Under the pieces are notes generated by a model. That model did no database searches. It saw only the letters and a program-made list of their open reading frames with translations, and was not told the DNA's origin. 64,000 nt of DNA from an uncultured Actinomycetota bacterium (GTDB lineage: Bacteria > Actinomycetota > Actinomycetes > Actinomycetales > Microbacteriaceae), in assembly GCA_963751055.1 (NCBI GenBank), contig CAVVTB010000008.1, positions 107,563 to 171,562 on the forward strand, in the 5' to 3' direction. A program made the position numbers and the translations under genes. Of the stretch, positions 31,138 to 42,257 are shown in pieces. Within the stretch, counting starts at the first letter, position 1, and each line of letters starts with the position of its first letter.

Positions 31138-31727
31138 ACCTCGGGGAGTCCGGTGCGCAGCTCGACAGGAAGGTGTGCCATGTCGTTGTGCGAGAGCAGC
31201 GTCCAGGGGCGCCCCTGCCGCTGCGCGATGACCGTCAGGCCGCAGTGGGCCTGGTTCAGCGTCATCCATCGCCAGTCCGGTGCCTGAAGCACCTCACGGA
31301 CGAACCAGCCGATCACGAAGTTGTGCGTGATCAGCAGCTCGTGCACCTCGCCGCGCTTGCGGACCAGGAACTCGCTGACGGCATCCGACATCTGCGCACT
31401 GCCGGCTTCGACCTCGGCCTCGGTGACCGATCCGAAGAACGGCTCGAAGGCCGCAGGCGTCTCACTCGTCATGCCCGTCGGCACGCAGTCGAACAGCAGC
31501 GCCGACGGCTGTGGCGACAGGGAAGGCATGCGCTCGGCGACCGCCCGCGCCGTCTGGCTCGCCCGCTCGAGCGGCGAATGCCAGACCGCGTCGAACGGGA
31601 CGCCCGACAGCCGGTCGGCGAGCAGGGACGCCTGGCGCCGACCGCGCGGCGACAGGCGTCCATCGACGAGGCCGTGCTCGGCATCCTGATGCTCGCCGTG
31701 CCGCACGAGATAGATGTAGTGCGTCAC
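31125..31727 (-). CDS. Histidine phosphatase family protein
   Basis: YLVRHGE, HSPLERA.QTA, ITHNFVI. Confidence 0.88.
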   Translation of the reverse strand: MTHYIYLVRHGEHQDAEHGLVDGRLSPRGRRQASLLADRLSGVPFDAVWHSPLERASQTARAVAERMPSLSPQPSALLFDCVPTGMTSETPAAFEPFFGSVTEAEVEAGSAQMSDAVSEFLVRKRGEVHELLITHNFVIGWFVREVLQAPDWRWMTLNQAHCGLTVIAQRQGRPWTLLSHNDMAHLPVELRTGLPEVYPV

Positions 31728-31812
31728 GCAGCTCACTCCGTCGGGGTTCCGGGCCCACGAAGGGGCTCGGAATCCACCCTATGTCACTGCCCGGACGTGG
31801 ACCGTCGAGTCG

Positions 31813-32853
31813 TCACTCGGCGGCGCGTGCGATGTCGGCCAGGTGAGCGCGGCTGAGCGGCACGCCCACGCCCTGGACGAGCTCTTCAACCTGCTGGGCC
31901 GCGTACGCATTGACGATCGGGGCGGTGACGAGCTTCTGGGCGAGCAGCCAGGCGACAGCCACTGCGGCATCGGGCACGCCGAGCTCGGTGCCGACCGCAT
32001 CCAGCGCGCGCAGCGTGCGGGTTCCCCGCCGATTCAGGCTCGCGGCGAGCTGAGCCCCGCGCACGGACAGGCTTCCCCGTGTGCGAGTGCGGTGGCGGCC
32101 CGCGAGGAACCCGTGCTCGAGTGCGTGCGAGGGCGTGACCGCCACCCCCTGTGCGCCGGCGACGAGTCTCAGATCGGAGTCGAACTCGTGCCGACGGAGG
32201 ATGTTGAAGGGAACGTCCAGCACGGTGATCCGCGGAAAGCCCGCCGAGGCGAAGATACGGGCCTCGACCAGCTGCGCGGCGGTGTACCCCACCGCGCCGA
32301 ACGCCTTCACCTTGCCGGATTCGACGAGCCACTCCGCGGTCGCGAGAGTGTCTTCGAGCGCCGACACGGAGTCGGCGGTCGCATCGAGGTAGGCGACGTC
32401 GAGGCGGTCGGTGCCGAGCCGGGTCAGGGATGCCTCGACCGCGCGCACGAGGTTGACGGGACCGAGCCCGGGGTTGTCGGGGTGCCCGCCGACCCGCACC
32501 GCCAGCACGACCTCGTCGCGAAGACCCCGAGAGCGGAGCCACTGCCCGATGATGTGCTCGCTGCGCCCGCCCGAGAAGCTGTCGGCCGTGTGGACGGCGT
32601 TGCCCCCGAGTTCGACGTAGGTGTCGAGGATCTCGTGACTGGATTCGAGGTCGACGTTCCAGCCGAACTCGGCTCCGCCGAGGATCAGCGGAAAGACGTC
32701 GACGCCGCTCTCACCGAGCGCGACACGGACGCCCTGTCCGACCGGCGGGCCCTGCACGGGAATCGGTGCTGACGGGTGAGGCGAGGCGCTGCTCCGGGGC
32801 GCAGCATCCGTGCTCGCCGGCGAGAGCGCCGAGCCGATGCCGAAAAGAGCCAT
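31813..32853 (-). CDS. Aldo/keto reductase family protein
   Basis: LILGGAEFGW, GGN...TAD, GRSEHIIGQW, SLTRLGTDRLD. Confidence 0.85.
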   Translation of the reverse strand: MALFGIGSALSPASTDAAPRSSASPHPSAPIPVQGPPVGQGVRVALGESGVDVFPLILGGAEFGWNVDLESSHEILDTYVELGGNAVHTADSFSGGRSEHIIGQWLRSRGLRDEVVLAVRVGGHPDNPGLGPVNLVRAVEASLTRLGTDRLDVAYLDATADSVSALEDTLATAEWLVESGKVKAFGAVGYTAAQLVEARIFASAGFPRITVLDVPFNILRRHEFDSDLRLVAGAQGVAVTPSHALEHGFLAGRHRTRTRGSLSVRGAQLAASLNRRGTRTLRALDAVGTELGVPDAAVAVAWLLAQKLVTAPIVNAYAAQQVEELVQGVGVPLSRAHLADIARAAE

Positions 32854-33050
32854 GTGCCACCCCCACGAGCATCCTTCGGGATCCTCGTGCTCACGAATCC
32901 CGCACCCCCCGGCGCGGTAATTTGAGAGTAAGCCAGCCAGTGGCATACACCGTTCGTTCCGGCGTCTTGTCGGTAAACATTACATAACGGTTCGGTCACG
33001 GAACGGCGAGGGTGCCTCCTGCTGTCCCCCTTTTGGTGGACAGCCAGGCC

Positions 33051-33098
33051 AAAAACGACGGATGCCCGCCCCTCGAGTGAGGGAGCGGGCATCCGTTT
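33051..33098 (-). terminator. Intrinsic terminator of pnp
   Basis: ACGGATGCCCGC...GCGGGCATCCGT stem followed by a T tract on the minus strand. Confidence 0.8.
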
Positions 33099-33122
33099 CA
33101 GTGCTTTTCCGACACGGAGGGC

Positions 33123-35414
33123 TCAGCCCTCGGCGGGGGCCTCCGGGCCCTCGCTGGCCGCAGCGCGGCCTTCCTGGTCAGCCGCCTCCTCGAGCACGGG
33201 CTCGAGCGAGAGCTTGCCGCGGTCGTCCACCTTGGTGATGCGCACGAGGAGCTTCTGGCCCACGTTCACCACGTCTTCGACGTTCTCGACACGCTTGCCA
33301 CCGGCGAGCTTGCGGACCTCACTGACGTGCAGCAGTCCGTCCTTGCCGGGCAGGAGCGAGATGAACGCGCCGAAGGTCGCGATCTTGACGACGGTTCCGA
33401 GGAACTGCTCGCCGACCTCGGGGTTGGTCGGGTTGGCGATCGCGTTCACCTGGGCGCGCGCGGCCTCGGCCGACGGGCCGTCGACGGCGCCGATGTAGAC
33501 GGTGCCGTCCTCCTCGATGGAGATGTCGGCGCCCGTCTCGTCCTGGATCGCGTTGATCGTCTTGCCCTTGGGCCCGATGAGCTCGCCGATCTTGTCGACC
33601 GGGATCTGCACGCTGATCACGCGCGGAGCGGTCGGGGCCATCTCGTCCGGACCGTCGATCGCGGCGTTCAGAACGCCGAGAATCGTGATGCGGGCGTCGT
33701 GAGCCTGCTGCAGCGCGGCCGTGAGCACCGACGACGGGATGCCGTCGAGCTTCGTGTCGAGCTGGATCGCGGTGACGAACTCAGCCGTGCCGGCGACCTT
33801 GAAGTCCATGTCGCCGAGCGCGTCTTCAGCGCCGAGGATGTCGGTGAGGGCCGCGTAGCGGGTTTGACCGTCGACCTCGTCCGACACGAGACCCATCGCG
33901 ATGCCGGCGACCGGGGCGCGCAGCGGCACACCGGCGTTGAGGAGCGACAGGGTCGATGCGCAGACCGAGCCCATCGACGTCGAGCCGTTGGAGCTCAGCG
34001 CCTCGGAGACCTGGCGGATGGCATAGGGGAACTCGTCGCGGGCGGGCAGCACCGGCACGAGTGCGCGCTCCGCGAGGAAGCCGTGCCCGATCTCGCGACG
34101 CTTGGGGCTGCCCACACGGCCGGTCTCACCGGTCGAGTAGGGCGGGAAGTTGTAGTGGTGCAGGTAGCGCTTGTGCGTCACCGGCGACAGCGAGTCGATC
34201 TGCTGCTCCATCTTGAGCATGTTCAGCGTCGTGACACCCAGGATCTGGGTCTCACCGCGCTGGAAGATCGCCGAACCGTGGACGCGCGGGATGACCTGCA
34301 CCTCGGCGTCGAGCGGGCGGATGTCGGCGAGGCCGCGACCGTCGATGCGGACACCGTCGGTCAGGATGCGGCTGCGGACGATCTTCTTCGTCACCGACTT
34401 GTAGGCGGCCGAGAACTCGAGGGTCGCAACGGCCGGGAGCTCGCCCGACTCGACTGCGGCGAGAAGCTCGCCCTTGACGCGGTCCTTGAGTGCGTCATCG
34501 GCGTCGTTGCGCTCGGTCTTGTCGGCGACCTGGTAGATGCCCTTGAGCTCGTCATAGGCGCGGCCGGCGACGAAGTCGTAGGTCTCCTGGCTGTAAGGCA
34601 GGAAGACCGGGAAGGACTTGATCTCCTTGGAAGCGGTGCTCGCAAGCTGAGCCTGCGCCTGGACGAGCTGCTTGAGGAAGGGCTTCGAGGCTTCGAGACC
34701 CTGCGCGACGACCTCTTCGCTGGGCTTGACGGCGCCCGCCTTGATGAGGTTCCACGAACCCTCGGTCGCCTCAGCCTCGACCATCATGATCGCGACGTCT
34801 TCGCCTCCCGCAGCATCCGTCACGACACGACCGGCGACGATGAGGTCGAACACGGCCTCTTCGAGCACCTTGGCGTTCGGGAACGCGACCCACTGGTCGG
34901 CGTGCTCGCCGTGTCCGGGGACGAGCGCGAGGCGAACGCCGGCGATCGGGCCCGAGAACGGGAGGCCGGAGATCTGGGTCGACAGCGACGCGGCGTTGAT
35001 CGCCAGCGCGTCGTAGAACTCGCCGGGAACGATCGAGAGCACGGTGACGACGATCTGAACCTCGTTGCGGAGTCCGTCGACGAACGACGGACGCAGCGGG
35101 CGGTCGATCAGACGGCAGACGAGGATCGCCTCGGTCGAGGGGCGGCCCTCACGACGGAAGAACGAGCCGGGGATCTTTCCTGCCGCGTACGAGCGCTCTT
35201 CGACGTCGACGGTCAGCGGGAAGAAGTCGAAGCCTTCGCGCGGGGACTTTCCGGCGCTGGTGGCCGAGAGGAGCATCGTCTCCTCGTCGAGGTACGCGGC
35301 AACGGCGCCCTGCGCCTGCTGCGCGAGACGGCCGGTTTCGAACCGGACCGTGCGGGTGCCGAAACGTCCGTTGTCGAGGACTGCTTCGGCGAATGTGATT
35401 TCAGGACCTTCCAA
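33123..35414 (-). CDS. pnp: Polyribonucleotide nucleotidyltransferase
   Basis: TTG start after AAGGAG; [37 protein letters not shown] and S1 domains. The ORF-track extension to 36326 is spurious. Confidence 0.98.
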   Translation of the reverse strand: MEGPEITFAEAVLDNGRFGTRTVRFETGRLAQQAQGAVAAYLDEETMLLSATSAGKSPREGFDFFPLTVDVEERSYAAGKIPGSFFRREGRPSTEAILVCRLIDRPLRPSFVDGLRNEVQIVVTVLSIVPGEFYDALAINAASLSTQISGLPFSGPIAGVRLALVPGHGEHADQWVAFPNAKVLEEAVFDLIVAGRVVTDAAGGEDVAIMMVEAEATEGSWNLIKAGAVKPSEEVVAQGLEASKPFLKQLVQAQAQLASTASKEIKSFPVFLPYSQETYDFVAGRAYDELKGIYQVADKTERNDADDALKDRVKGELLAAVESGELPAVATLEFSAAYKSVTKKIVRSRILTDGVRIDGRGLADIRPLDAEVQVIPRVHGSAIFQRGETQILGVTTLNMLKMEQQIDSLSPVTHKRYLHHYNFPPYSTGETGRVGSPKRREIGHGFLAERALVPVLPARDEFPYAIRQVSEALSSNGSTSMGSVCASTLSLLNAGVPLRAPVAGIAMGLVSDEVDGQTRYAALTDILGAEDALGDMDFKVAGTAEFVTAIQLDTKLDGIPSSVLTAALQQAHDARITILGVLNAAIDGPDEMAPTAPRVISVQIPVDKIGELIGPKGKTINAIQDETGADISIEEDGTVYIGAVDGPSAEAARAQVNAIANPTNPEVGEQFLGTVVKIATFGAFISLLPGKDGLLHVSEVRKLAGGKRVENVEDVVNVGQKLLVRITKVDDRGKLSLEPVLEEAADQEGRAAASEGPEAPAEG

Positions 35415-35527
35415 GAGGTCTCTCCTTCTTTTTTTAGGCTCGCGCGCGCGTTTCGCGCACGAGCTTGTGCGAAGGAGCAGGAACAGGCAGTTATGGGCGC
35501 GCGGCAATGACCGCGAGTGATACCGAC

Positions 35528-35588
35528 GCTGGCCACCAGTAGAAATCCACTCGGCGCGAAGACGAGGAGACCACCACAGGGGACCAGC
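35528..35588 (-). ncRNA. Structured pnp leader, candidate Actino-pnp motif
   Basis: GCTGGTC...GGCCAGC closing stem in the pnp 5' region; position fits the known cis-element, but no covariance model was run. Confidence 0.5.
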
Positions 35589-35700
35589 TTCCTGCCGGCC
35601 TGCTCCGTTGAGCTCATATGTAATTGAGCGGATGCCGCAAGGCAACCCGATCAAGCCTACCAGTGGCGGGGGCGGCGACAGGATGCCTAGGCTGGAGCCC

Positions 35701-35880
35701 ATGAGCACCGATGACAAGCCGACCAGCGCCTCCGAGGACATGAAGCGCAAGTTCAAGGAGGCGCTCGACAAGAAGAACGCGCAGAGCCGAGAGGGCGAGG
35801 CACATCTGGACGGCGACTCCTCGATCCACGGCACCCACGGCGCGGTGACCAAGCGCGAGTTCCGCCGTAAGAGCGGCTGA
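35701..35880 (+). CDS. DUF5302 family small protein
   Basis: [11 protein letters not shown]...KREFRRKSG; TAGGCT -10 element 7 nt before the ATG. Confidence 0.85.
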   Translation: MSTDDKPTSASEDMKRKFKEALDKKNAQSREGEAHLDGDSSIHGTHGAVTKREFRRKSG

Positions 35881-35898
35881 CGCGGGCCGAGCGCCGCC

Positions 35899-36078
35899 AT
35901 GAGCGACTTCCGCGAACGAATCCCTGACGATGATCGGGAAGTGCCGATCGACGACGAGGAGGAGTTCGTGCTGCCAGGTGCGACGCTCGACGCGATGGAG
36001 TCGGTCGAGGACGACATCGACGACCTGGCGGCGCAGGAGCGAGAGTCGGCGATAGAGGCCGGCGAGATCGAGCCCTGA
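35899..36078 (+). CDS. Small acidic hypothetical protein (59 aa)
   Basis: Manual translation [59 protein letters not shown]; strong GC3 bias. Confidence 0.65.
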   Translation: MSDFRERIPDDDREVPIDDEEEFVLPGATLDAMESVEDDIDDLAAQERESAIEAGEIEP

Positions 36079-36106
36079 GGATGACCCAACAGGAGGGACA
36101 GGACCA

Positions 36107-36274
36107 ATGGCACATGACAGGAAGAACGATCCGACGGGTGAGGAAGAGGTCCGGGATGAGGCGGAAGTCGCCGCCGACCGCGTGGACGAGGACCTGACGC
36201 CCCTCGAGCAGGCAGAGCTGAGACGCCGCCTCGCCCTCGAGATGGAGTCGTTCGAGAACGGCATGGAAGGCTGA
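36107..36274 (+). CDS. Small acidic hypothetical protein (55 aa)
   Basis: AGGAGG RBS; [55 protein letters not shown]. Confidence 0.65.
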   Translation: MAHDRKNDPTGEEEVRDEAEVAADRVDEDLTPLEQAELRRRLALEMESFENGMEG

Positions 36275-36327
36275 ACGGGCGACGGCGTCTGTTGATGGCC
36301 CGTCTTCGAGACCGCGGGCCGAACATG

Positions 36328-36365
36328 GCAGCCGGGGCCGTCCACTCAGGAACGGCCCCGGCTGC
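36328..36365. terminator. Hairpin between convergent genes
   Basis: GCAGCCGGGGCCGT...ACGGCCCCGGCTGC. Confidence 0.75.
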
Positions 36366-36371
36366 TGTCTG

Positions 36372-37826
36372 TCAGCGGGTGAGCGCCGCCTCGCGCGCTC
36401 GGGCTCGCTGCTCTTTCTCGGCCGCCTCCGCGATCGCCGCCTCTTCCAGACCCTGCGTGCCTACGGCATCCGCTGCCTCCGACATCCCGTCGTGGTCTCC
36501 GGACAGGGTCGTCTCGTCGAAGGGGTCCTCCCCCGCGAGCACGCGGCGCACCTGTGATCTGTCGATCTCCTTCGTCCAGGTGCCGATGAGCACGGTGGCC
36601 ACCGCGTTGCCCGTGAAGTTCGTCACCGCGCGTCCCTCCGACATGAAGCGGTCGATGCCGACGATCACGCCGACGCCGTTGACGAGATCGGGACGATAGG
36701 CCTGCAGTCCACCCGCGAGTGTCGCGAGTCCCGCGCCCGTCACTCCTGCCGCGCCCTTCGAGGCGATGACCATGAAGGCCAGCAGGCCGATCTGCTCGGG
36801 GATCGACATCGGCATGCCCATGCCCGCAGCGATGAACAGCGACGCCATCGTGAGATAGATGGCCGTGCCGTCGAGGTTGAACGAGTACCCGGTCGGGACC
36901 GTGATGCCGACGACGGGCTTCGAGACGCCGAGGTGCTCCATCTTCGCGATGAGGCGCGGCAGCGCGGACTCCGAAGACGAGGTGCCGACGATCAGCAGGT
37001 ACTCCCTGGCGAGGTACTTCATCAGGCTCAGGATGTTGATCCGCGCGACGACATACAGGAGCGTCCCGAGGATCCCGAAGATGAACACCGCGCACGTGAT
37101 GTAGAAGGCGACCATCAGGATGCCGAGGCTCACGATCGCCGCCCAGCCGGTCTTGCCGACCACCGCGGCGATCGCCCCGAATGCGCCGAGTGGCGCGAGC
37201 CACAGGATCATGCCCAGGATGCGGAAGACGAGCGCCTGCAGGTTCTTCACCGCGTTCATGATCGGCTCGCCCTTCGGGCCCATCTGCTGCAGTGCGAATC
37301 CGACCAGGAGCGCGATGAACAGCACCTGCAGCACGCTCTCGCCGGTGAAGGCCGAGAAGAACGTCGTCGGAATGATCCCGAGGATGAACTCCTGGGTCGT
37401 CTTCGGCTCGAGCGCGGACGTGTCGTAGGTCGAGCTGCTCATGTCGAGCCCCTGGCCCGGGTGGATGATGTTGCCGACGACGAGCCCGATCGCGAGCGCG
37501 AAGGTCGTCATGATCATGAAGTAGAGCAGCGCGAGGCCACCGATCTTGCCGACGGTGGCAGCTTTGGCGATCGACCCGATGCCCACGACGATCGTGCAGA
37601 AGATGATCGGCGCGATCATCATCTTGATGAGTGCGACGAATCCCTTGCCGACCGGCTCGAGCGCGACGCCGAGTTCTGGCCAGAGCAGTCCGATGGTCGC
37701 GCCGAGCACCACCGCGAGGATCACCGCGATATAGAGCCAGGTGTGCTTGTCCCACCCGGTCTTGCCCCGCCGCCAGTTGTAGCCGGGGAGTCTGAACGAT
37801 TGGGTCTGGGGAATCTGACGAGCCAT
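36372..37826 (-). CDS. dctA: C4-dicarboxylate:cation symporter (DAACS family)
   Basis: LIKMMIAPIIF, GTSSSES, PTGYSFNLDG, SKGAAGVTG, GIDRFMSE. Confidence 0.93.
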   Translation of the reverse strand: MARQIPQTQSFRLPGYNWRRGKTGWDKHTWLYIAVILAVVLGATIGLLWPELGVALEPVGKGFVALIKMMIAPIIFCTIVVGIGSIAKAATVGKIGGLALLYFMIMTTFALAIGLVVGNIIHPGQGLDMSSSTYDTSALEPKTTQEFILGIIPTTFFSAFTGESVLQVLFIALLVGFALQQMGPKGEPIMNAVKNLQALVFRILGMILWLAPLGAFGAIAAVVGKTGWAAIVSLGILMVAFYITCAVFIFGILGTLLYVVARINILSLMKYLAREYLLIVGTSSSESALPRLIAKMEHLGVSKPVVGITVPTGYSFNLDGTAIYLTMASLFIAAGMGMPMSIPEQIGLLAFMVIASKGAAGVTGAGLATLAGGLQAYRPDLVNGVGVIVGIDRFMSEGRAVTNFTGNAVATVLIGTWTKEIDRSQVRRVLAGEDPFDETTLSGDHDGMSEAADAVGTQGLEEAAIAEAAEKEQRARAREAALTR

Positions 37827-37966
37827 CTTCGCCTCCGATTGGGTGAGACTTCACTGTTCTCAGGTCGCCGCTGCGGCGTCCGTCCTGCGAGTACTGTGGG
37901 CCACGGATGCCGGGACGAAGCGGTTGTGGTCGTATTGGTCTCGGCCGGGCAGACGCGAGGAGGCGC

Positions 37967-39236
37967 ATGGCTGCGGCGACCGGGCCGAGCGCGGCATCCC
38001 GCGTCTTCATCGCCTTTCTCGCGGCCGTCGTCGCGATCGCCGCGCTGCTGGGGGTGATCCTGGCGGTCGAGGCGCAGGCCGCGGAGCGGGCCGAGGCCGA
38101 GACCCTGACGCTCTCGCTCGCCCGCACGATCGCGGCGGGATCCGACGTCGTCGACGCCATGGCAGGTGCGGATGCCGAAGCCACTCTTGCGTTGCAGCCG
38201 ATCGCCGTCGAGGTCATGGACTCGACTCCTCTCGATTTCGTGACGATCATGCGCACGGACGGCACGCGCATCACGCACCCCGACCCCGACCAGATCGGGG
38301 GGACCTACCTCGGCACGATCGCGGGCGCCGTCGCCGGAGGAGCCGTCACCGAGGAGTTCACCGGAACACTCGGTCCGTCGGTGCGCAGCGTCGTGCCGAT
38401 CTTCGACGGCGCCGAGGTCGTCGGGCTCGTCGCGGCGGGCGTGACGGTCGGACAGCCTCTGGGGTCAGGTCTGGCAGCGACTCCCGTTCGTCATCGGCGT
38501 CGCGATCGTGCTGGCCGCGATCGGCGCGGCGGCCGCATGGCTGGCGAGGCGCCTCACCCGCCGGATCGCGGGCGACCTCCCGGCGAGCGCCGTGCGGGAC
38601 GCGGTGTCGTCTTACGAGTCGGTCCGCACCCTGGGCGAAGCGCTCCGGGCACAGACGCACGAGCACGGGAACCGCATGCACACCGCGGTGGCCCTCATCG
38701 AACTCGGCCGCGGCGACGAGGCCGTGGAGCTCCTCACCGAGACGGCGCGATCAAGTCAGGAGCTCGTCGATCAGGTGGTCGCCCGCGACGGCGATCCGAC
38801 CGTCGCCGCGCTCCTGCTCGGCAAGGCATCGCAGGCGAAGGAACGGGGCGTCCAGTGGCGCACCGACATGCAGCCGGGCATCCCGCGCACGGCTCTGGGC
38901 CCCGTCGACGCCGTCTCGCTCGTGGGGAACCTCATCGACAACGGGATCGATGCGGCCGCGGCCGGACCGGAGCCTCGATGGGTGGAAGTGGCCATGGCGC
39001 AGTCGTCCGGCGGCGACATCGTGCTGACGTTCCGGGACAGCGGCGAGGGTGTGCCCCCGGAGCTCCACGACCGTGTCTTCGAGCACGGCTTCAGCACCAA
39101 GCCCGCAGGCGCCGAGGGTCGCGGCGTGGGACTCGCACTCGTCCGTGCGATCGTCGATGCGTCGGGCGGAACCGTCGAGCTGGCGGGCCCTCCGACCACG
39201 TTCCGCGTCACCCTTCCCGCGAGGGGATCCGCATGA
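37967..39236 (+). CDS. CitA/DcuS-type sensor histidine kinase (frameshift near 38453)
   Basis: Cache domain (THPDPDQIG, GTLGPS) in one frame; LRAQTHEHGN, GNLIDN, DSGEG, GFSTK, GRGVGL in another. Confidence 0.85.
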
Positions 39237-39907
39237 TCGGCGTGCTCATCGTCGATGACGAACGGCTGACGCGAGAACTCCACACTCAGTACGTCGAGCG
39301 CGTCGAGGGCTTCCAGGTCGTCGGCGAATGCTCGGGCGCCCGTGCGGCGGTGACCGCGGTGCTCGAGCGTGGCGACGTGATCGACCTCGTGCTCCTCGAT
39401 ATGACGATGCCCGACGGGAGTGGCCTGGACGTCGCACGCTACATCCGCTCGCGCGCGGCCGACGTCGACATCATGGCGATCACCGCGGTGCGGGATGCCG
39501 ACAACGTCCGTGCCGCCGCCGCCCTCGGCATCGCGCAGTACCTCGTGAAGCCCTTCACCTTCGCGACCTTCCGCGAGCGCCTCGAGCAGTACCGCGACTA
39601 CCGTCAGCGGGCGGCCGACTCCGCCGGCGAGGCGACTCAGGCCGAGATAGACGCACTGCTCGGTGCGCTCCGCCCGGCGGCATCCGCCCCTCTTCCGAAG
39701 GGTCTCGCACCCGCCACGCTCGACCGTGTCGCGGCGGTCGCCCGTGCCGCGGGCGCGATCTCGGCGGCCGAAGCCGGCGAGAAGCTCGGGATGTCGCGGG
39801 TTGCGGCGCGACGGTATCTCGAGCACCTGGCAGACGAGAAGCGCGTCGAGCGCTCGGCGCGGTACGGCACACCGGGTCGCCCCGAGACGGAGTACGTCTG
39901 GCGCTGA
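39233..39907 (+). CDS. CitB/DcuR-type response regulator
   Basis: LIVDDE, LLDMTMPD, YLVKPF, SRVAARRYLEHL, YG..GRP. Confidence 0.92.
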   Translation: MIGVLIVDDERLTRELHTQYVERVEGFQVVGECSGARAAVTAVLERGDVIDLVLLDMTMPDGSGLDVARYIRSRAADVDIMAITAVRDADNVRAAAALGIAQYLVKPFTFATFRERLEQYRDYRQRAADSAGEATQAEIDALLGALRPAASAPLPKGLAPATLDRVAAVARAAGAISAAEAGEKLGMSRVAARRYLEHLADEKRVERSARYGTPGRPETEYVWR

Positions 39908-39978
39908 TGAGGCTGTGCTGCCTCGGGCGCACGTACGAAATCGACGGCGACACACGGGAGCCGCGGCATGATGGGGCG

Positions 39979-40833
39979 GTGACGATCGTGGATGCGGCAT
40001 CCCTCCCCCTCGGCTACGACACGAGTTTCCTCACGGCGCAGGCACCGCTCCCGATCGCCGTCGGCCGTGCCGAGACCGTGGACCTCGCGTACCTCCACTT
40101 CACCGTGACGCTCGACACCGACCGGCGGTTCGCGGTGGTCACCGGCGTCAACATCGACGGCGCACAGCTGCAGGATCTGCCTCGCACCGGCGAATGGCAC
40201 CTCGATCAGCGTGTGCCGGCATCCGATCAGACGGGTCCGGGGGTGTACGTCGCGAACGATCTCGACCGAGGCCACCTGGTGCGGCGGAGGGATCCGGGCT
40301 GGGGCTCCAAGGCGGTCGCGCGCACGGCCACTGAGGCGACCTTCGCCTACACGAACGCGGCGCCGCAGGCGGCGGGATTCAACCAGTCGAAGGAGCTGTG
40401 GCTCGGGCTCGAGGACCACGTGCTGCTCTACGCCGACGCGAACGGCCATCGCGTATCGGTGTTCACAGCGCCGGTGCTGGGGGTCGACGACCCGCCCTAC
40501 CGCGGCATCCAGGTGCCCCGTCGCTTCTGGAAGGTCGCGGCGTGGGCTCGGGGTGACGGGTCGCTCGCGGCCGCCGGATTCGTACTCGACCAGTCGGAGC
40601 TGCTCGAGCTGGAAGAAGGCGTGCTCGACGTGCCGCCGCTCGGCGCATTCCGGACGTTCCAGGTGCCGATCGCCGAGATCGGAGCGCTCGCGGGCATCGA
40701 GTTCGGCCCACTGGTCGAGGCCGACGTGTTCGCCGGCGTCGAGGCCGTCACCGGCCAGCCGTGGGTCGAGCTCGGCGGCTCCTCGCAGATCGTCCTCTCA
40801 CCGCCTGGCCGTGTGGGCGACATGGCAAAGTGA
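39979..40833 (+). CDS. DNA/RNA non-specific endonuclease (His-Me finger)
   Basis: DRGHLVRR, TNAAPQ..FNQ...W..LE, VPRRFWKV. Confidence 0.9.
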   Translation: MTIVDAASLPLGYDTSFLTAQAPLPIAVGRAETVDLAYLHFTVTLDTDRRFAVVTGVNIDGAQLQDLPRTGEWHLDQRVPASDQTGPGVYVANDLDRGHLVRRRDPGWGSKAVARTATEATFAYTNAAPQAAGFNQSKELWLGLEDHVLLYADANGHRVSVFTAPVLGVDDPPYRGIQVPRRFWKVAAWARGDGSLAAAGFVLDQSELLELEEGVLDVPPLGAFRTFQVPIAEIGALAGIEFGPLVEADVFAGVEAVTGQPWVELGGSSQIVLSPPGRVGDMAK

Positions 40834-40837
40834 GCGT

Positions 40838-41565
40838 GTGACCACGATCGAAATCGACGGAGTTCGCGCCTACCGAGCGGAACCCCAAGGGCCTCCCCGG
40901 GGCGGAATCGTCCTCATCCACGAGATCTGGGGCCTCGTCCCCCACATCACCGATGTGGCGGACCGGTTCGCCGCCGAGGGCTACCTCGTGCTGGCGCCCG
41001 ACCTGCTGAGCGGCATCGGCGTGACGCCGGAACTCGGAGCGGAGCTGCACCGGCTCGTGTCCGACCCGGATGAGGCCGTGCGCACCGCCGCGCAACCGCG
41101 GCTCCGCGAGGCGCTGGCGCCCATCCGCGTGCCGGAGTTCGCGGATCGCGCTGTCAGGCAGCTTCGGAAGGCGGTCGACGCCTTCAGCCGCCGAACCGGG
41201 TATCGAGGGCCGCATCGCCGTGGTGGGATTCTGCTTCGGCGGCACCTACAGCTTCGCTCTCGCGGCATCCGATGATCGGATTCGCGCGGCGGTGCCTTTC
41301 TACGGCACCGCGCCGGCGCCCGACCGCATCGCAGAGATCGGGTGCCCCGTACTCGCGATCTACGGCGCGCATGATCCTGCGCTGATGGACGCGCTGCCGG
41401 GGGTGCGCGCGACGATGGCAGCGGCGGGTGTCGACTTCACGGACCACGTCTACCCGGACGCCGCGCACGCGTTCTTCAACGACACCGGCTCACGCTACCG
41501 CGCGGACGATGCGGCGGATGCCTGGAAGACGGACGCTGGCGTTCCTCGGCGACCACCTGCGCTGA
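40838..41565 (+). CDS. Dienelactone hydrolase family protein (frameshifts near 41185 and 41527)
   Basis: IHEIWGL, GFCFGG, HAFFND split over different frames. Confidence 0.85.
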
Positions 41566-41590
41566 ACGGCTGACGCGACGGCCGCTGCGG

Positions 41591-42256
41591 CTACTCGCCC
41601 GCGAGACCTCCGAGGAGGTGCCCGAACGAGCGGCCCTCGCCGAGGTAGTTCGCGGGATCGAAGGGGTCGGCGGATGCTGCCGGCTCACGCCGCGCGATGG
41701 CCTCCGCGAGTTCGCGCGCGCCGCGCTCCACCCGCTCGCCCAGCGGGGCGACCTGGTCACCCGACCCGCCCCAGTCGCTCGATGCGGCGAACACGCCCGT
41801 CGACACCGGCTCGGCGTGGAGGTAGGTGAACAGCGGCCGTATGGCGTAGTCGATCGCCAGCGAGTGGCGCGCCGTTCCGGCATTCGCCCCGATCAGCACC
41901 GGCTTGCCGGTGAGCGCGTCGGGATCGAGCACGTCGATGAAGGACTTGAACAGCCCCGAGTAGCTCGTCGAGAAGATCGGCGTGACGGCGATGACGGCGT
42001 CGGCCGAGACGACGGCGTTGATCATCGACTCGAGCGCGGGCGGGGCGAACCCCGTCAGCAGGTGGTTCGTGATGTCGTGCGCGTAGTCGCGCAGCTCGAA
42101 CACGTCGACCTCGGAGTCGATACCGGCGCCATCCGGGCCCTGCAGCCTGTCGAAGGGCCTTCACCGTGGCCGACGCCAGCCGGTCGGCCAGCATCCGGGT
42201 CGATGAGGGGTTCGACAGTCCTGCCGAGATGACGGCGATCCGTCGTGACCGATCAT
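41591..42256 (-). CDS. NADPH-dependent FMN reductase, CE1759-like (frameshifted at the 5' end)
   Basis: RIAVISAGLSNPSSTRMLAD, then TPIFSTSYSGLFKSFID and GTARHSL in another frame. Confidence 0.85.
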
Positions 42257-42257
42257 G

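Noticed and set aside
35415-36326. Apparent 300-aa N-terminal extension of PNPase
   Set aside because: The real start is TTG 35414 with an RBS. The extension overlaps the pnp leader and three plus-strand small genes.
37907-39907. Apparent Cache sensor-response regulator fusion (666 aa)
   Set aside because: It arises from the frameshift near 38453. The middle section is off-frame, and the regulator has its own ATG overlapping the kinase stop.
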